NCBI RefSeq assembly: GCF_009914755.1
Contig: NC_060936.1
Strand: one strand, 5' to 3'
DNA from: the human T2T-CHM13v2.0 reference genome, Homo sapiens
Length of the DNA stretch: 64,000 nucleotides
Positions 44,161 through 60,340 of this stretch are shown here, piece after piece. The notes beneath the pieces were generated by a model that had not been told where the DNA came from, made no database searches, and was given only the letters and a program-made list of their open reading frames with translations. Positions within the stretch are counted from its first letter, which is position 1, and each line of letters begins with the position of its first letter. The translations under genes were made by a program, and so were the position numbers.

Positions 44161-45572
44161 TAACCCATTCTCTCCTGAGGCGTGAGTTGGAGGAGGCGCG
44201 TGGGATCCCTTGGGGTCTCCAGGCAGCAGGGCCAGTTGGCATTACTGGGGATGGTATTTAGGAGCCAGGAAAGCCGGTGCATTCCTAGTGAAACCACAGG
44301 GAGAGGGGGGATGCCAGGAGCTGAGAAGAGTGTGCTGCATACATCTATTTACAAATGGCTTTCCAAGTGATGCTCCCAACTTCCATGCCTATGATGTGAT
44401 GGAGGATGTCAGTGATAGAACCATTCAGTTTTCCAGTTTTTCCTTTTTGTAATATCAGTACTCTTAACTGGAAAGCTTTCCCTAACTTACACCTACCTGC
44501 AGCACGTGAGAATACTGTCTTCTCTGCCACAACTTCTCTTGATTTTTAAACAGAAGGAAGAACTGCTAATGTAGCAGATGAAAAGTAGTATCTCACTGTT
44601 ACTTGGTGGGTGCAGTTTCACTATTTCCTTGCTACTTCTTTAACTTGAGTGACTTTGGAAACGGGATATCACTAGTGGAAAATTCTGTATAATCCAGAAA
44701 AAAATGTAAGGTTTTAAAAGATTCAGGGAACTAAGTAACCGTTTGCACAGCAGCTAAATGCTCACCAGCATACCTGCTGAGCTGTGTGGGCGCTGGCAGA
44801 GAAACTGAGGAAAGCTGCCAGGCCCCATGGTTTCCCAGGCCTTCCCTCCGGTCTGTTTGCCTTTAGAGCAAGATTAGTGCTATAGGCATTTATACACAAA
44901 TACCATAATATGGCCCAAAATCTTTACGATTTTTGAATTTGTAAAGTACTTTGACCATATTTTGCTTTTATGTTAATAGTATTCCAGTGAAATTCCGTGC
45001 ATGGGGACGCTGGAGCCCAGAAAAGTTAAGTGACTCATATTTTCTCACCAAGCGTGGGTGATGGAGCCATTCAGTTTTCCGATATTTTATTTTTTATATG
45101 AGTATTCCTTTAACTGGAAACTTTCCTAACAACAAACACCTAAAGACCTGCAGAGTTGCTTTTATTTTTGTTACCCCAGCTCCACGCCTTAACCCTCACT
45201 TTGAAATAGGATGTATCAACCCTATTTTGCAGATGAGGAAAGCAAGGGTCAGAGAGGTTAGACAACTCTTCCAGAGTCACACAGCTGGGAAGTAGCAGCT
45301 CCAGGAGCAGAAGCTGGGGCCACTTCCTGGTGCACCGATGGTCTTCAGGTGTTTTGTGGAAACTCGGGGGCCTCCGGGGTGACCTTGAGGACATGGACAA
45401 GGCTAAGCAGGGGTTCCCTTCACCCAGCCCTGCCCTTGGTTTACTCAGGAGTCAGACCAGCCCTAGTTTCCTGTGTTTCATGTATTGGCTTTTCATGTGA
45501 AACTCGAGGAGAGCTTGTCCGTTGCTACAAGCTGTTTTTTGAATGTCTCTACACAGTCCAGGCAGGAAATAG

Positions 45573-45857
<285 letters not shown>

Positions 45858-46796
45858 TAAAGGGACTTGGATGGTTCCTCCAGACACCCGGGCCAAGAAT
45901 TCCTCCGGAGGTGGGGCTTGCTACAGGGTGCACGAGTCAAGGCGGTGACCTCATCGGAGGCTGACCATGGCTTTCCAGTGCATCCCAGAACTCTGGGGAC
46001 CCCGCTATGACAGAGTGCCTCATTTCCCTGCACCTCACCTGCCCCCATGCTCCTGAGTCCCTCCAGCCCTGGATGCCAGCAGCCAGTTCTGCAAGCCAGG
46101 GAGATGGCATGTGTGAGGCAGAAGTCCCCTCAGGATTGGATTTTGTCATTACTGAAGTTGTCTGGAGGGGACTGAATTGAGGAATGCTCAAGATCAGTGC
46201 AGGCTCCTCCTGCTGCCCTATCATGCGCCATGCATGGCACCAGGTGTCTCTGGTCTTCACGCTGACTCTGCCATGGGGGTGGTGTTCCTGTTTTACATTG
46301 GAAACTTGGAGATTCAAAGATGGTCAAGCTCTGTCCTGAGGTCATGCAGCTCATGAGTGTGGAGCTGGGGTGTGCCCACTGGTTTCTGACTGTGAAACCC
46401 CCACGACATCCCACCAGCTCTACTGACCTGTGCCTGGGCTGAATTGAGGCTGGGATGTGATGGTGACCTTGAACCATCACTCTTTGTAGACTCCAGGTCT
46501 TTTCCCAACCCGGTGGAAACTAGCAGGCAGATTCCATACTTGAGGAATTCAGCCTCTTGCTTTTTCTCTGACCCACAGTGGACACTGGAGGAAACCTTCC
46601 CTTCCTTCCCTTTTCTCTTAGCTCCCACCAGCCTAAGGGCTGTGGAAACCAGTACCTTTTGTCTGCACCCAGCCCCCTCTCCTCCCTTTGGTGGCTTCCT
46701 GTGTGTCCAGGGCTAGCATCTTCTAGGTGAATCTAAGATGTCAGTACCTTAGCCCTCGGCTGCTTGCTCAGAGCCTGGTTTGTGTTCTTTCCCCAG

Positions 46797-46843
46797 CTCT
46801 GCCAGGCCCATTCCCAGCTGCTGCAGTACATGGAGCGATACGG
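46797..46843 (+). pseudogene. DDX12B: DDX11-like exon 11
   Basis: LCQAHSQLLQYMERY. Confidence 0.93.
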
Positions 46844-47084
46844 GTGAGATGTGACTCTCTGAGGTAGTGGGACAGTCCCTTGGTGGCCCCCTGCATGGGC
46901 CTCTGAGAGGCAGCACTTTGGTTCCCACCTCTGGCCCGTGCTGTGGCGGGGTGGAGCTGCATGCCATTCATGTCCTAGGCACATGATGGTGTGTGCTGCA
47001 CACAGACCTGGAAGGCTGGGGACTGACCGCTGGCTCTGAGGCCTGGGGCCGTGGCCAGCCTGCTCTCTGGGAAAGGATTTGTAG

Positions 47085-47369
<285 letters not shown>

Positions 47370-47380
47370 TAAGAAGGGTC

Positions 47381-47692
47381 GGCCGGGTGTGGTGGCTCAC
47401 GCCTGTAATCCCAGCCCTTGGGAGGCCGAGGCAGGTGGTTCACCTGAGGTCAGGAGTTTTGAGACCAGCCTGGTCAACATGATGAAATCCCATCTCTACT
47501 AAAAATACAAAAAAATTAGCTGGGAGTGTTGCCGTGGCCTGTAGTCCCAGCTGCTCCAGAAGCTGAGACAAGAGAATTGCTTGCTCAAACCCGGGAGGCG
47601 GAGGTTGTAGTGAGCCGAGATTGTGCCACTGCAGTCCAGTCTGGGCGACAGAGTGAGAGTCAGTCTCAAAAAAAAAAAAAGAACCAAAAAAA
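47381..47692 (+). mobile_element. AluS
   Basis: Full length, TSD AAGAAGGGTC. Confidence 0.95.
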
Positions 47693-48543
47693 AAGAAGGG
47701 TCTTGGTCATTGATTTAGAAAATTCTTGTTCTTTGTAGCTTAGTTGAGTTGTCTGACTTGAGCTTTTTTTAGACCCATGGGTTCTTTGCCCATGTTCTGA
47801 GGACTTTTTATTTCAGGCGCTGCTCTGGGGGGATATTAAGGATACAGCATCACATGGACACACGGTGTTTCCGTGATGGGCATAGTTCTGTGGGTTGTTC
47901 GAAGCACTTGCATATGCGGTTTTGTGTGCCCTGTGAGAACGCAGTGCTGGTATTTGAATCCTTGTTGATAGACGCATAAACTAGAGCTCGGAGCAAGGGC
48001 TGCTCCCAGCACGGGAGCCTGGGATCTTCTGACTCCAGCTCCCACGCCTCTTTGCGTGACCCTGTCACGTCCCCTTCTTTTATGATGGGGCACCCCCTTG
48101 CTGGAAGGTGTCTGTGGAAGTGGAAGCTGCAGAAAGCCTGTGGGAGCTCCTGGCGGGAGCTGGTCTCGTGTTGCTGCTCTGAGCCGCCAGCTCTGCTTTG
48201 CCTCAGGCTCACCAGTGGCCTGGGTAGCTCCTCTGTGCTCCGGTGCCCTGCATACCTTGGTCTGGCTGCTGTGTCCCGGCCTCCTGGAGAAGGGGTGAAA
48301 AACATGAACTTTACAGGGCTTTGGGTTCCACGTGCAAGCACGTGAGTCAGACGTGGGAGGCTCCTGGACCCACCTGCCCTCTAAGTGGGTCCGTTGCATG
48401 CTATAAACAGTGAAAAGCAAAACAAAGCCGTTCAAATACAGATGCTCTTCTTACTTGATGTGCAGTGTGGAGGGAGAGAAGATAGGGAAGGGTTGGGGGG
48501 CCTGAGAACCACCATTGTGACCTATTTCCATTCTCTTTTTTAG

Positions 48544-48588
48544 GGAACATTAAGCAAAATCCCAATACACAGAGTCTGTCACAGACAG
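48544..48588 (+). pseudogene. DDX12B: DDX11-like exon 13
   Basis: GNIKQNPNTQSLSQT. Confidence 0.93.
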
Positions 48589-48656
48589 GTAAGAGAGTTG
48601 CCCTCAGAGGGCACAGAGCTGATCTGAGCCACTTCCGAGCTTAACCCTGGGACTGA

Positions 48657-48836
<180 letters not shown>

Positions 48837-50290
48837 TAGAGTACTATGTTAAGACTATAGAAGGAAGAAAAAGCAAAACAGACGTGTAATTACTTAACCC
48901 TTAACGCAACACGCCTGTGAGACAAAAGTCATCATCTTTTAGAGTGAAGGCCACAGGGATGAGGGATGGGTGAGAAAGGGACCTTTCTTGGTGCCCCATA
49001 GAACAGATAGAGACTCCAGGTCCTTGCTGTCTCACCCCATCTTCTGGCACAGTCTCCCTCAGGCTTATGGACAGGAATAGGATGTTGATTTGTTCTGTGC
49101 AACCCCTGTCACGTCTTCGCACTTGGGCCTTGGGTGTGGTTGCAGCCTCAGACCTCTGCTCGCTCCAGGTCTGTGTACCCAGCGCTCCCCAGATGAAACA
49201 CGGCCACTGCCGCCTGAACCCCAAGCTCGTAACTCAAATCAGCAACAGTGACTGCCCCTGGGTACAGGGTTCTGCCTCTGTTCTAGGCGCCATGCCACGT
49301 GCTGTGCTCTGAGCTAGGATATCCTTTTGCCCCGGCAAGGAAAGCAAACAGGCCCATGGAGGTGACTTCAGGAGGGTGGCGAGCATAGGCTTCCCACAAG
49401 TGAGCCAATAGCAAGTGGCAGAGACAGCGTCCAAACCTGGCTGCACTGACTTGGGGCCCCACATTCTTCCCATCCTGCCTGCCTTTTTTTTCTTAAAACC
49501 AGCTTTTCCCCTGAATTACACATTTGGGTCACTGTCACTGCCACCATCCCTGCCAGACAGGCTGGATCCACGTCATCCTTGATGCCTTTCTCCCCTTGTC
49601 TCCCACATGCCTGTGACAGCCGCCAGGCCTGACAGCCTCAGACAGTCCTGCCGTCCCCGCGCTTCTCCCACAGCTGGGACATGGGTGCAGGCACTCCTTC
49701 TCTCGCCTTCCCTTTGCCCTCCTTGCTTTCCTTCTCCCCTCTTCTTCCCATGGGTCTCGGGTCTCATCACTCACCATTGAGGGAATCCTCATCGAAGGAC
49801 ATCGCTCTTTTTAGAAACCGGTTTAAAGCCTCCAAACTCCTCATCTCTGCATCCCAAGCTAAGATCTGGCACCAAACCACACACATTGGATGCACCGACT
49901 GAGTGGCACTGCCCCAGCCCCTGAGCAGGTCCCAGCCATCATCTCCTCTGTGGCTTTGCTCATAGAAGTTCCTTTGTTTTAACTCTCTGTCACCTGGAAG
50001 GAAAGCCAAGGGGACCTAGATTTTACTGGGCACTCTTAGACTTGGGAGAGACATTTGGAAAGAGGGTCTCCCCCCTGAGGAGGACACTGCGTTGTGGGCA
50101 GGGGCAGTAGAGGCGGGGGTGGCCTCGGAGAGGGGATGACAAGGTTGGTGGCAAGGAGGCTCCAGGTGCCTCAGAAGGTAGCACTGCGTTGTGCTGCCTG
50201 GGTGGTAGAAGTGGTGTTTTTTGTTTTGTGTTTAAGATTACAGCTTGCTCAGTTTGCACACATGCCTACAGCTGGGCTTGGTTTTTGCAG

Positions 50291-50329
50291 GTGCAGCGAT
50301 ACTGTGAGAAGAGCATGATCAGCAGAAAG
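50291..50329 (+). pseudogene. DDX12B: DDX11-like exon 15
   Basis: VQRYCEKSMISRK. Confidence 0.93.
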
Positions 50330-50502
50330 GTAACTGCTCCCATCTTGTGGTCCTGAACAAGACCCAGCTGTGCCCCAACCCCCTGCCCTTGCCATGCTTT
50401 CCTCCCCTGCCCTCAGGGAACTCCAGAGTCCCCTTCGTCTCCACCCTCCTTGGTGCAGTGGGCCTTGCTGGGGTGGTGGGATGTGCGCTTCAGGTGTCTT
50501 GA

Positions 50503-50709
<207 letters not shown>

Positions 50710-50808
50710 TGAGCAGGCAGAGCCGGCTGCAGGCATGGGCAAGGACTTCTGTTCCTCATGTGTGGACCTGACTAGAGGGAGGCCTCCTCCCCATTCTGCT
50801 CTGTGCAG

Positions 50809-50940
50809 CTCTTGCAGCCCCTGCAGACGAGAGTCAGGCCAGCGTCCCGCAACCAGCTTCCCCACTGATGCACATCGAAGGCTTCCTGGCAGCTCTCACT
50901 ACGGCCAACCAGGACGGCAGGGTCATCCTGAGCCGCCAAG
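50809..50940 (+). pseudogene. DDX12B: DDX11-like exon 17
   Basis: [44 protein letters not shown]. Confidence 0.93.
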
Positions 50941-51286
50941 GTAATCAGGTGGTTCTTGGCCAGGTTCAGTTCCCAGGAAGGAGCCAAGCTGAGCCCGGGA
51001 GCCGCAGCATGAAAGGATTCTTTCCTTCCATCCTGGGAACTCCCTGGGTTAGGAGGAAGCAGTGCAGTGGGCACTGGCCTGCTGTGACCTGGGCAAGCAG
51101 TGGAGGTGGACGGGAGGAGATCGAGGGGCTGGGATGGAGGTCCTCTAGGGCAGGGGTCCTAGGGAAACTTGTATTGTGGGGTAGGTGGGCTTTGGTTTGG
51201 GTCATGATTTTGTCATCTATGAGCCTTGTGATTTGGACTATTTTCTTTCTCAACTTCAGTTTCCTCATATGAAAATGGAGAGGATA

Positions 51287-51630
<344 letters not shown>

Positions 51631-51671
51631 CTAGAGATTAAATGGTGTTTAATTTAAAGAGAAAGCACTAG

Positions 51672-52031
<360 letters not shown>

Positions 52032-52946
52032 TGACACTGCTATTCTCTCACTGCAGGAGCAGTGAGAGACTCCTCTGCTGCTCCATTCTGTAGCCCCAGG
52101 ATCACACTTCTCCCAGAGAAAGCTGTTCTGTGGTTTCAAACTCAAGGAAAAAAATCATGATTCCACTTTTAAAAGGTTCATTTTGATGTATATGAATATA
52201 ATAGTCTTTGTAGGCATAATTTTTACTTATGTGCATAGCTATTTTAAAAACAAAAGTGCGGCTCCCTCCATGTGCTGTCACTGGAACTTGCTCTTTTCAC
52301 TCAGCAGCCAGAGGGTCATAAACCCTGTCTCCTTGTCAGCAAGCATGCACGTATTTCAGTATCCCAGCTGTGCTGGATTCCAGTTACCCAGATATACAGC
52401 ATTTCATGTACCTCCTTCTCTTTTGTTAGGTGTGCAAGCTATTTGCAGTTTTCTGTTTTGAGCATGACTGTGATGAATATAACCGCATTTCCGCACAGTG
52501 GTGACTCCTACCTAGCAAAGGGCCTCCTGGACAAAAAGCTGCTGGGAATCCTGAAGCAGTGCTTCCCAGCCCCAGATGCCTTAGCTTTTGATTTTTATAT
52601 TTTTGTATGGATAGATTCATAGTTTTATTCATTCGGCATATTAAAAGTTGTTTACAGTCATTATTGTTTCTGACGTTCACATGGTGAAAGCCCCTTCCTG
52701 CTAGCTCAGGTCCTCCCCGTGGCCCGGTCAGTCTCGCCTCCAGCACAGCAGAATGTCATGGGATCACCATGGGTGTCCTTGCCGCACACTGGATTGATTC
52801 ATTTCTCCAAGCTGCTCTGGTTTCTTGTAATGGGGAATGACATTTAGAAGTCAAGCTGTGGGTGCTAGGGTGTTTGTCGTGCTCCTGGGGCATTTTGGTA
52901 GACAGATCTAGGAAATGTTTTCAGAGTGAATCCATACTGGTATTTC

Positions 52947-53248
52947 TTTCTTTCTTTCTTTTTTTTTTTTTTTTTGAGACACAGTCTCGCTCTGTCTCCC
53001 AGGCTGGAGCGCAGTGACCCGATCACGGCTCTCTGCAACCTCTGCCTCCGGGGTTCAAGCGATTCTCATGCCTCAACCTCCTGAGTAGCTGTGATTACAG
53101 GCATGTGCCACCACACCCAGCTAATTTTTGTATTTTAGTAGAGATGGGGTTTTACCATGTTGGCCAGGCTGGTCTTGAATTCAGGTGATCCGCCAGCCTT
53201 GGCATCCCAAAGAGCTGGGATTACAGGCATGAGCCACCACGCCTGGCC
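52947..53248 (-). mobile_element. AluS
   Basis: Reverse Alu, TSD CATA(C/T)TGGT(A/G)TTTCT. Confidence 0.93.
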
Positions 53249-54504
53249 CATATTGGTGTTTCTAAGTAAAAATCAAAGGATTTGTTTACTTGACCTTTTA
53301 TTGTACCTCTTTTTCTCTTAAGCCTGAACATGTGTGCTACATTAACATACTTATCTGCTCTATCCTATAATATACTTAAAAGTTTTGAAATCATAGTACC
53401 AATATTACTTCTAACAATAGATCTGATTGAAATTGCCTTTCCTCTTTGCCCTTAGAGTGTAACCCACTAAGGATGCCTGGTCACTAGGCTCTAAAGTCAC
53501 GTGGAACCAGGCTTCTCTCCGTGTGCTTCTGTTGTCAGTTTCATAGATAGCTAGGCTGTTTTTGTTTCATTTTCTTTTCAATTTTAGAATTTGCTTTCTT
53601 CTTTTCTGACTTGTAGTTTTTAAATATGTAAATATTTGTATGGCTCAAAAGTCAAAGCAATATAAAAAGATCTATTCAGGAAAGCCTCACTCTCATCCCT
53701 TTCCAGCCCATTCCCCACCCCCATAGGGAATCCGTTTTACTAGCTTATCCTTTCAGTCTTTCTTTTTCCCCTAAATAAGCAAAAACGTGCCTTCTTTTTT
53801 CCCTTTCCTGTTTTATTTACACGGAAGGCATCTTAGTCAGTTGTCTGGCCATCGCTCCTCTAGTGGGCTGCGTGGTTCTCTGTTGGACAGATGTAGGAAG
53901 CTTATCCAACCAGTACCCTCTGGATAGGCAGGCGCATGATTACAGGGAAAGGTCCGGGGGCACATGCTGTTTGGTATTTGTGGGCTGTATCTTCTCACTG
54001 GACTCCTAAATATGGGATTCCTGGGTTAAAAAGTATAAATATGTTTAATTTGTTAACTACTGTGAAATTTCATGAGAATTGTACCATTCTGTATCCCACC
54101 AGTACTGTCTAGGAATGCCTGTTTCTCCAGAGTGGTTACTTTTGGATTTTTGCCAGTCTAGCAGGTGAAAGCCTGGAGATTGTTATTCAGTAGTTTGGGC
54201 TGGGGCCTGGCCACGTGTATTTTTGAAAATTTTCGCTGGTGATTTTGCCGCATGGCCAGGGTTGATAATGACTGTGCCAGATTTGCTGGATTTCCTTTGC
54301 TATTCCTGCACATAGTTTAAACGAGACTGCCAGCACTGGGTATCAGTCACCATTTTTCTTTTTGTTAGTTTGCTGTCAGCCTTTTCTTTGACCTCTTCTT
54401 TCAGTTTGTGTGTACTTGCTGTCTCTTAGGCCAGACTTCTCGCTTCCTTTCTGCTGGGCCTCTGAGGGGTCATGGGGCCATGACGCCGTGGCCTTGGTCT
54501 ACAG

Positions 54505-54577
54505 GTGTCTGACTTCCGGCAGCAGCTGCTGGCCTGTGCTGGGGTGGAAGCTGAGCGCGTGGTGGAGTTTTCCTGTG
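54505..54577 (+). pseudogene. DDX12B: DDX11-like exon 19
   Basis: [24 protein letters not shown]. Confidence 0.93.
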
Positions 54578-54898
54578 GTGAGAAGCTGTGCCCAGGGTGG
54601 GGCAGGCTAGAGGTCAGGTTCTGGCCCCCGTTTTCTGTGGGTGCCGTTTTCTCATACCGTGACCAGGCACAGGGGCGGAGGAGACCCCGGGATGGGAGCC
54701 TCACCCTTCGTGCGCTCACCCAGGCTCTCCTGCTTTGCTCCCTGCTGCGTGCTGCCCAGTGTGACTGGCGATGGTGGGTGGGTGAGCGCTGTCAGTCGCT
54801 GTTCCTGTGCTGGATGATGGGGCAGGTAAATGCCCTCTCTGCAGTGTCTTACAGCACACCTGCATCTCCAGTTTTCGGCCCCTCCCTGATCTTACCAG

Positions 54899-55001
54899 GT
54901 CACGTGATCCCTCCAGACAACATCTGCCCCTTGTCATCTGCAGCGGGATCTCCAACCAGCCGCTGGAATTCACGTTCCAGAAAAGAGACCTGCCTCAGAT
55001 G
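54899..55001 (+). pseudogene. DDX12B: DDX11-like exon 20 with 1-bp deletion near 54924
   Basis: GHVIPPDNI is in one frame and [26 protein letters not shown] in another (both visible in the ORF track); exon is 103 nt. Confidence 0.93.
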
Positions 55002-55700
55002 GTCAGTCCCAGCCAGCTCGCTGCACCACAGCCTGGCCTCCGGCAGCAAAGGGTTTTCTGGGGCAGGGGCGCTCTGGCCCACCCTGAGTGTTTTCAGGTG
55101 TTGGGGAAATTGCACAGGGACACCCACTTAGAGCCACACAGAATGAGCGGCGTCGATCTAGATGCTTATGGAGGAAGGTCTGAGCTTCCCCGCCTCTCAC
55201 ACCTTAGGCTGCGAAATATGTATTCATAAAACCTCCAGGCATCTTCTGAGGACGCCTCACGCAGGAGAAAGCTGCTAGTTCCCTTTGGCTCTCTTGCCCT
55301 TTGGTTATATCTGCCCCTGCTGGGGGCAGGGATGTGGGGCTTGGGGGCATCTCCTGTGGTGTGCCTGGGGTGTGCAGCCCCTGATTGTCATTGTGGTGCC
55401 CATCAGGACCCTGGACAGAAGAAGGGAGGACTCAGTGCCAGGGCAATAGGGAGGCCCCCCAGGGACGCTAGTGCTGTGACATGTGTCAGAAAGGCGCAGT
55501 CAGCAGCAGCGGCTGGGTGTGTTTGGTGGGAGGTGGCACCTACCACCCCGTGGTTCCCACCCAGGGGAGCCAAGTCCTCTTCCTTGGCTGTAGTCCTGCC
55601 AAGGGTCTCTCCTCAGTTTTGAGTCTCAAGGTGAAGACGCGGTTTGTGGGTGGCTGAGGGGTTGCTCCATGGGGGCTCCCTCCCTCCCTTCCTTCCTTAG

Positions 55701-55973
<273 letters not shown>

Positions 55974-56074
55974 TGACTACAGAGGATTTCCCCAAAGTCC
56001 CTGGCTGTGAGGTTCTCCAGTCCGCTGGCCAGAAAACACAAGGCCACGAGCAGACCCGAGACCTGGCACCCTAA

Positions 56075-56392
<318 letters not shown>

Positions 56393-56721
56393 TAAGTAGT
56401 GGTTCTGCTCATCTCCTGGGTCGTGATACATGGCCGGCCCTCACTCCCAGCAGCTGGGCCCCTGCCTGCTGTCTGCTGCCATTAGAGCCCACAGCTGGGC
56501 TGCGACTGCTCAGACCAGCCAGCTGGAGGGAGGGGCTCAGCAGCTCTGGGTTTGGCCCTGAGAGAGTAGTTGGATTTTAGGCTGGCCATTGCTGTATCAG
56601 GACCCAATCAATTGGCCTAGACGGGATCTCTCAGCCTTACAAGCCCTCTCCAGGTGGTAGGTACAGAGTGGAGAGAGGCTGAGTTTTGATCACAGTCGGA
56701 GAGGGCTGACGGAAGGGGTAG

Positions 56722-56952
<231 letters not shown>

Positions 56953-57044
56953 TGATACAGCCAGGCCTTCCCCACTGCGCTGGTGTCTCCTGCCCCCTCC
57001 GGAAGCTTGGATGCCCCTCCACACCCTCTTGATCTTCCCTGTGA

Positions 57045-57344
<300 letters not shown>

Positions 57345-57434
57345 TAAGTCTGAGGAAGGGGAGGGGGTCGCCATGGGAATGTGCTGTAGGGGAGGCAGGT
57401 GTTGCTCGGAGCCCCAGCCTCTGTTCCTATGCAG

Positions 57435-57589
57435 GCAGGGCCATCAGGCACCAGAAGGATTTTGCCAGCATAGTGCTCCTGGACCAGCGATACGCCCGGC
57501 CCCCTGTCCTGGCCAAGCTGCCGGCCTGGATCCGAGCCAGTGTGGAGGTCAAAGCTACCTTTGGCCCCGCCATTGCTGCTGTGCAGAAG
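57435..57589 (+). pseudogene. DDX12B: DDX11-like exon 26 (motif VI)
   Basis: [20 protein letters not shown]...KLPAWIRAS...AVQK. Confidence 0.95.
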
Positions 57590-57664
57590 GTCAGTCCTAC
57601 CTTTTTCTTTCTGAGAGCCTCCCAACCCCGAGATCACATTTCTCACTGCCTTCTGTCTGCCCAG

Positions 57665-58650
57665 TTTCACCGGGAGAAGTCGGCCTCTTCCTGATGGGCA
57701 ACCACACCACCGCCCGGCGCCGTGCCCTTCCTTTGTCCTGCCCTCTGGAGACAGTGTTTGTCGTGGGCGTGGTCTGCAGGGATCCTGTTACAAAGGTGAA
57801 ACCCAGGAGGAGAGTGTGGAGTCCAGAGCGCTGCCAGGACCCAGGCACAGGCGTTAGCTCCCGTAGGAGAAAATGCGGGAATCCTGAATGAACAGTGGGT
57901 CCTGGCTGTCCTTGGGGCGTTCCAGGGCAGCTCCCCTCCTGGAATAGAATCTTTCTTTCCATCCTGCATGGCTGAGAGCCAGGCTTCCTGCTTGGAGTCC
58001 GCAGGAGGCTGTGGCAGCAGTGGCATCCACTGTGGCATCTCCGTCCTGCCCACCTTAAGAGGCGAGATGGAGCAGGCCCATCTGCCTCTGCCCTTTCTAG
58101 CCAAGGTTATAGCTGCCCTGGACTGCTCACTCTCTGGTCTCAATTTAAAATGATCCCATGGCCACAGGGCTCCTGCCCAGGGGCTTGTCACCTTCCCCTC
58201 CTCCTTCCTGAGTCACTCCTTCAGTAGAAGGCCCTGCTCTCTATCCTGCCCCACAGCCCTGCCTGGATTTGTATCCTTGGCTTCGTGCCAGTTCCTCCAA
58301 GTCTATGGCACCTCCCTCCCTCTCAACCACTTGAGCAAACTCCAAGACACCTTCTACCCCGACACCAGCAATTATGCCAAGGGCCATTAGGCTCTCAACA
58401 TGACTATAGAGACCCCGTATCATCATGGAGACCTTTGTTCCTGTGGGAAAATAACCCTCCCACCTGCAACAGCTGCCCCTGCTGACTGCGCCTGTCTTCT
58501 CCCTCTGACCCCAGAGAAAGGGGCCGTGGTCAGCTGGGATCTTCTGCCACCATCAGGGACAAACCGGGGGCAGGAGGAAAGTCACTGATGCCCAGCTGTT
58601 TGCATCCTGCACAGCTACAGGTCCTTAATTAAAAGTGTACTGTTGGTTTC
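57665..58650 (+). pseudogene. DDX12B: DDX11-like terminal exon 27 ([12 protein letters not shown] 57692-57694) and 3' UTR
   Basis: cccag|TTT CAC CGG GAG AAG TCG GCC TCT TCC TGA; ATTAAA at 58628. Confidence 0.88.
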
Positions 58651-58666
58651 TGCTGAGTTTTTTATT
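58628..58666. terminator. Convergent polyadenylation signals: ATTAAA (+, 58628-58633) and AATAAA (-, 58661-58666)
   Basis: Direct reading; GT-rich element follows ATTAAA. Confidence 0.7.
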
Positions 58667-60340
58667 GATATGTGCTGCTGTTTTCTCTGGAAGCCTCTTT
58701 AGGGAATCGAGGAGCGCACTGGTGCAGGGGCTGGGTGGAGCCATCCTCCGATGGAGCACAGGCAGATGGAAGCCCCCACCCCAGCTGCGTGGCCTGAAGC
58801 CAGCCTCCCGCTCCCCGAAGGTGGTCTCCACACAGAACTGGGACAGTTCCATCCCCGCCCCTTCCTCCAGGGCAGCAGGGCTGAGGATCCCATTCTGGCT
58901 GTGTCCACGTCCGGGCCATGGCTGGAGTCTGGGTTTAGGGGAGGAAGGCATGGCGGCGCCCGCTAGGATTTCCAGTTGTCCTCTTCTTCCTCTGCCTGTG
59001 GCTTCTGGGGGTTAGCAGACACGGTTTGTTGTCTGACATACGGGCTCTCTCTTCCCGGCCCCTCACCAGCCCCAGAGGTGAAAAGGCTGGAGGGCAAAGG
59101 CTGAGTGAGGGAGGTCTGTGGGGAGCACTGGTTTCCCCAGGCCCCAGAGACTTAAACACAGGAAGAAAAAGGCAAGAGAGAATTAACGATGCCACAGCCC
59201 ATGGCAGACAGCGGCCCTGCCTCCTACGCTTGCGTCTCAGGACCAGCTTGTTGAAGAGATCCCACATCAGTTCCCTGCCTTGGCTTACGGCTCTCACTGC
59301 AATAGGAAAGCCACGGAGTGGGGTGTGGGGTTCAGTCACATTGGACCCCCGGCTCCGTGTTCCTGTCCCCTGTAGTGTTTTTGTTATTAGACCCTTTTTC
59401 CTCCTTGGTTTAGGAATGGGGGCCCCAGGGCCACCCTTGTCCAGGCTCCCTCTACCGTAGAGGTGAGAATTCCAGGGCGCTACAGTTTGAAAACCACTAT
59501 TTTATGAGCCAAGTAGAACAAGAAATGACAACTATTAAAAAAAATAAGGGATTTCTGACCAGCTAACAACCCCACAGAAAATCTGCCAGGGATCCAGAAA
59601 TGAGACTGAGGTGGCCTCAGAGAGCGGCTCCCTCCTGAAGGGGATGCTGCTGCTGTCATCCTGCCCGGCACCTTGGACTGCAGTGGGCGGGGCCTGGGGT
59701 GGGGATGAGGGTGCACTGACCAGCACCGCAGCAGCTTGGGGAGGTTGGGGTGCTGTTAACATGCCATCGTATAGGTCGGAAGTGGAAATGGGAGAAAGTG
59801 TGGGGTGCCTAGGGAAGGAGGTGACTGAGTAGGGAGCCTGGCTGCCATCCTAACACCCAGCTCACTGGGCTTGAGAGACTTGAGCCTGGTGCCAGGGCAG
59901 AGTGGGTGATGCTGGGGCCCAGGCTGGCACCATACTTGAGGTCTGCCAGGCAGGTCAGGTAGGATGGCACATCGACCTTGGGGACTTGGCCCAGGTCTGG
60001 CGTGTAGAAGTAGTTCTCCGGGACACACGGGATTAGGTAGGGACATGTGAGAGGTGACAGGGACCTGCAGGAGCAGCTAGCGAGACCTCATGTGCACCCT
60101 GCACAGCTGTGGTGGCATAAGGGGTTCAATAGAGCCTCTCCTAGAGAGGAGCCTGGCAAGGCCCCCAGCCCCTGCCCCTGCCCCTGCCCCTCCCCCTCCC
60201 TGTCCACCTGCTGCTCCAGCTGCTCTCTCATTGATGGACAAGGGGCACTGAACAGTTTCTTCTCTGTCTCTGCCCCCAGCATCACATGGCTCTTTGTTAC
60301 AGCACCAACCAGTTGGTCCGGGAAGACAGACTTCTTGTAT

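Noticed and set aside
54505-55131. 208-aa ORF
   Set aside because: Read-through of exon 19, intron 19 and the frameshifted exon 20 from a GTG; not an independent gene.
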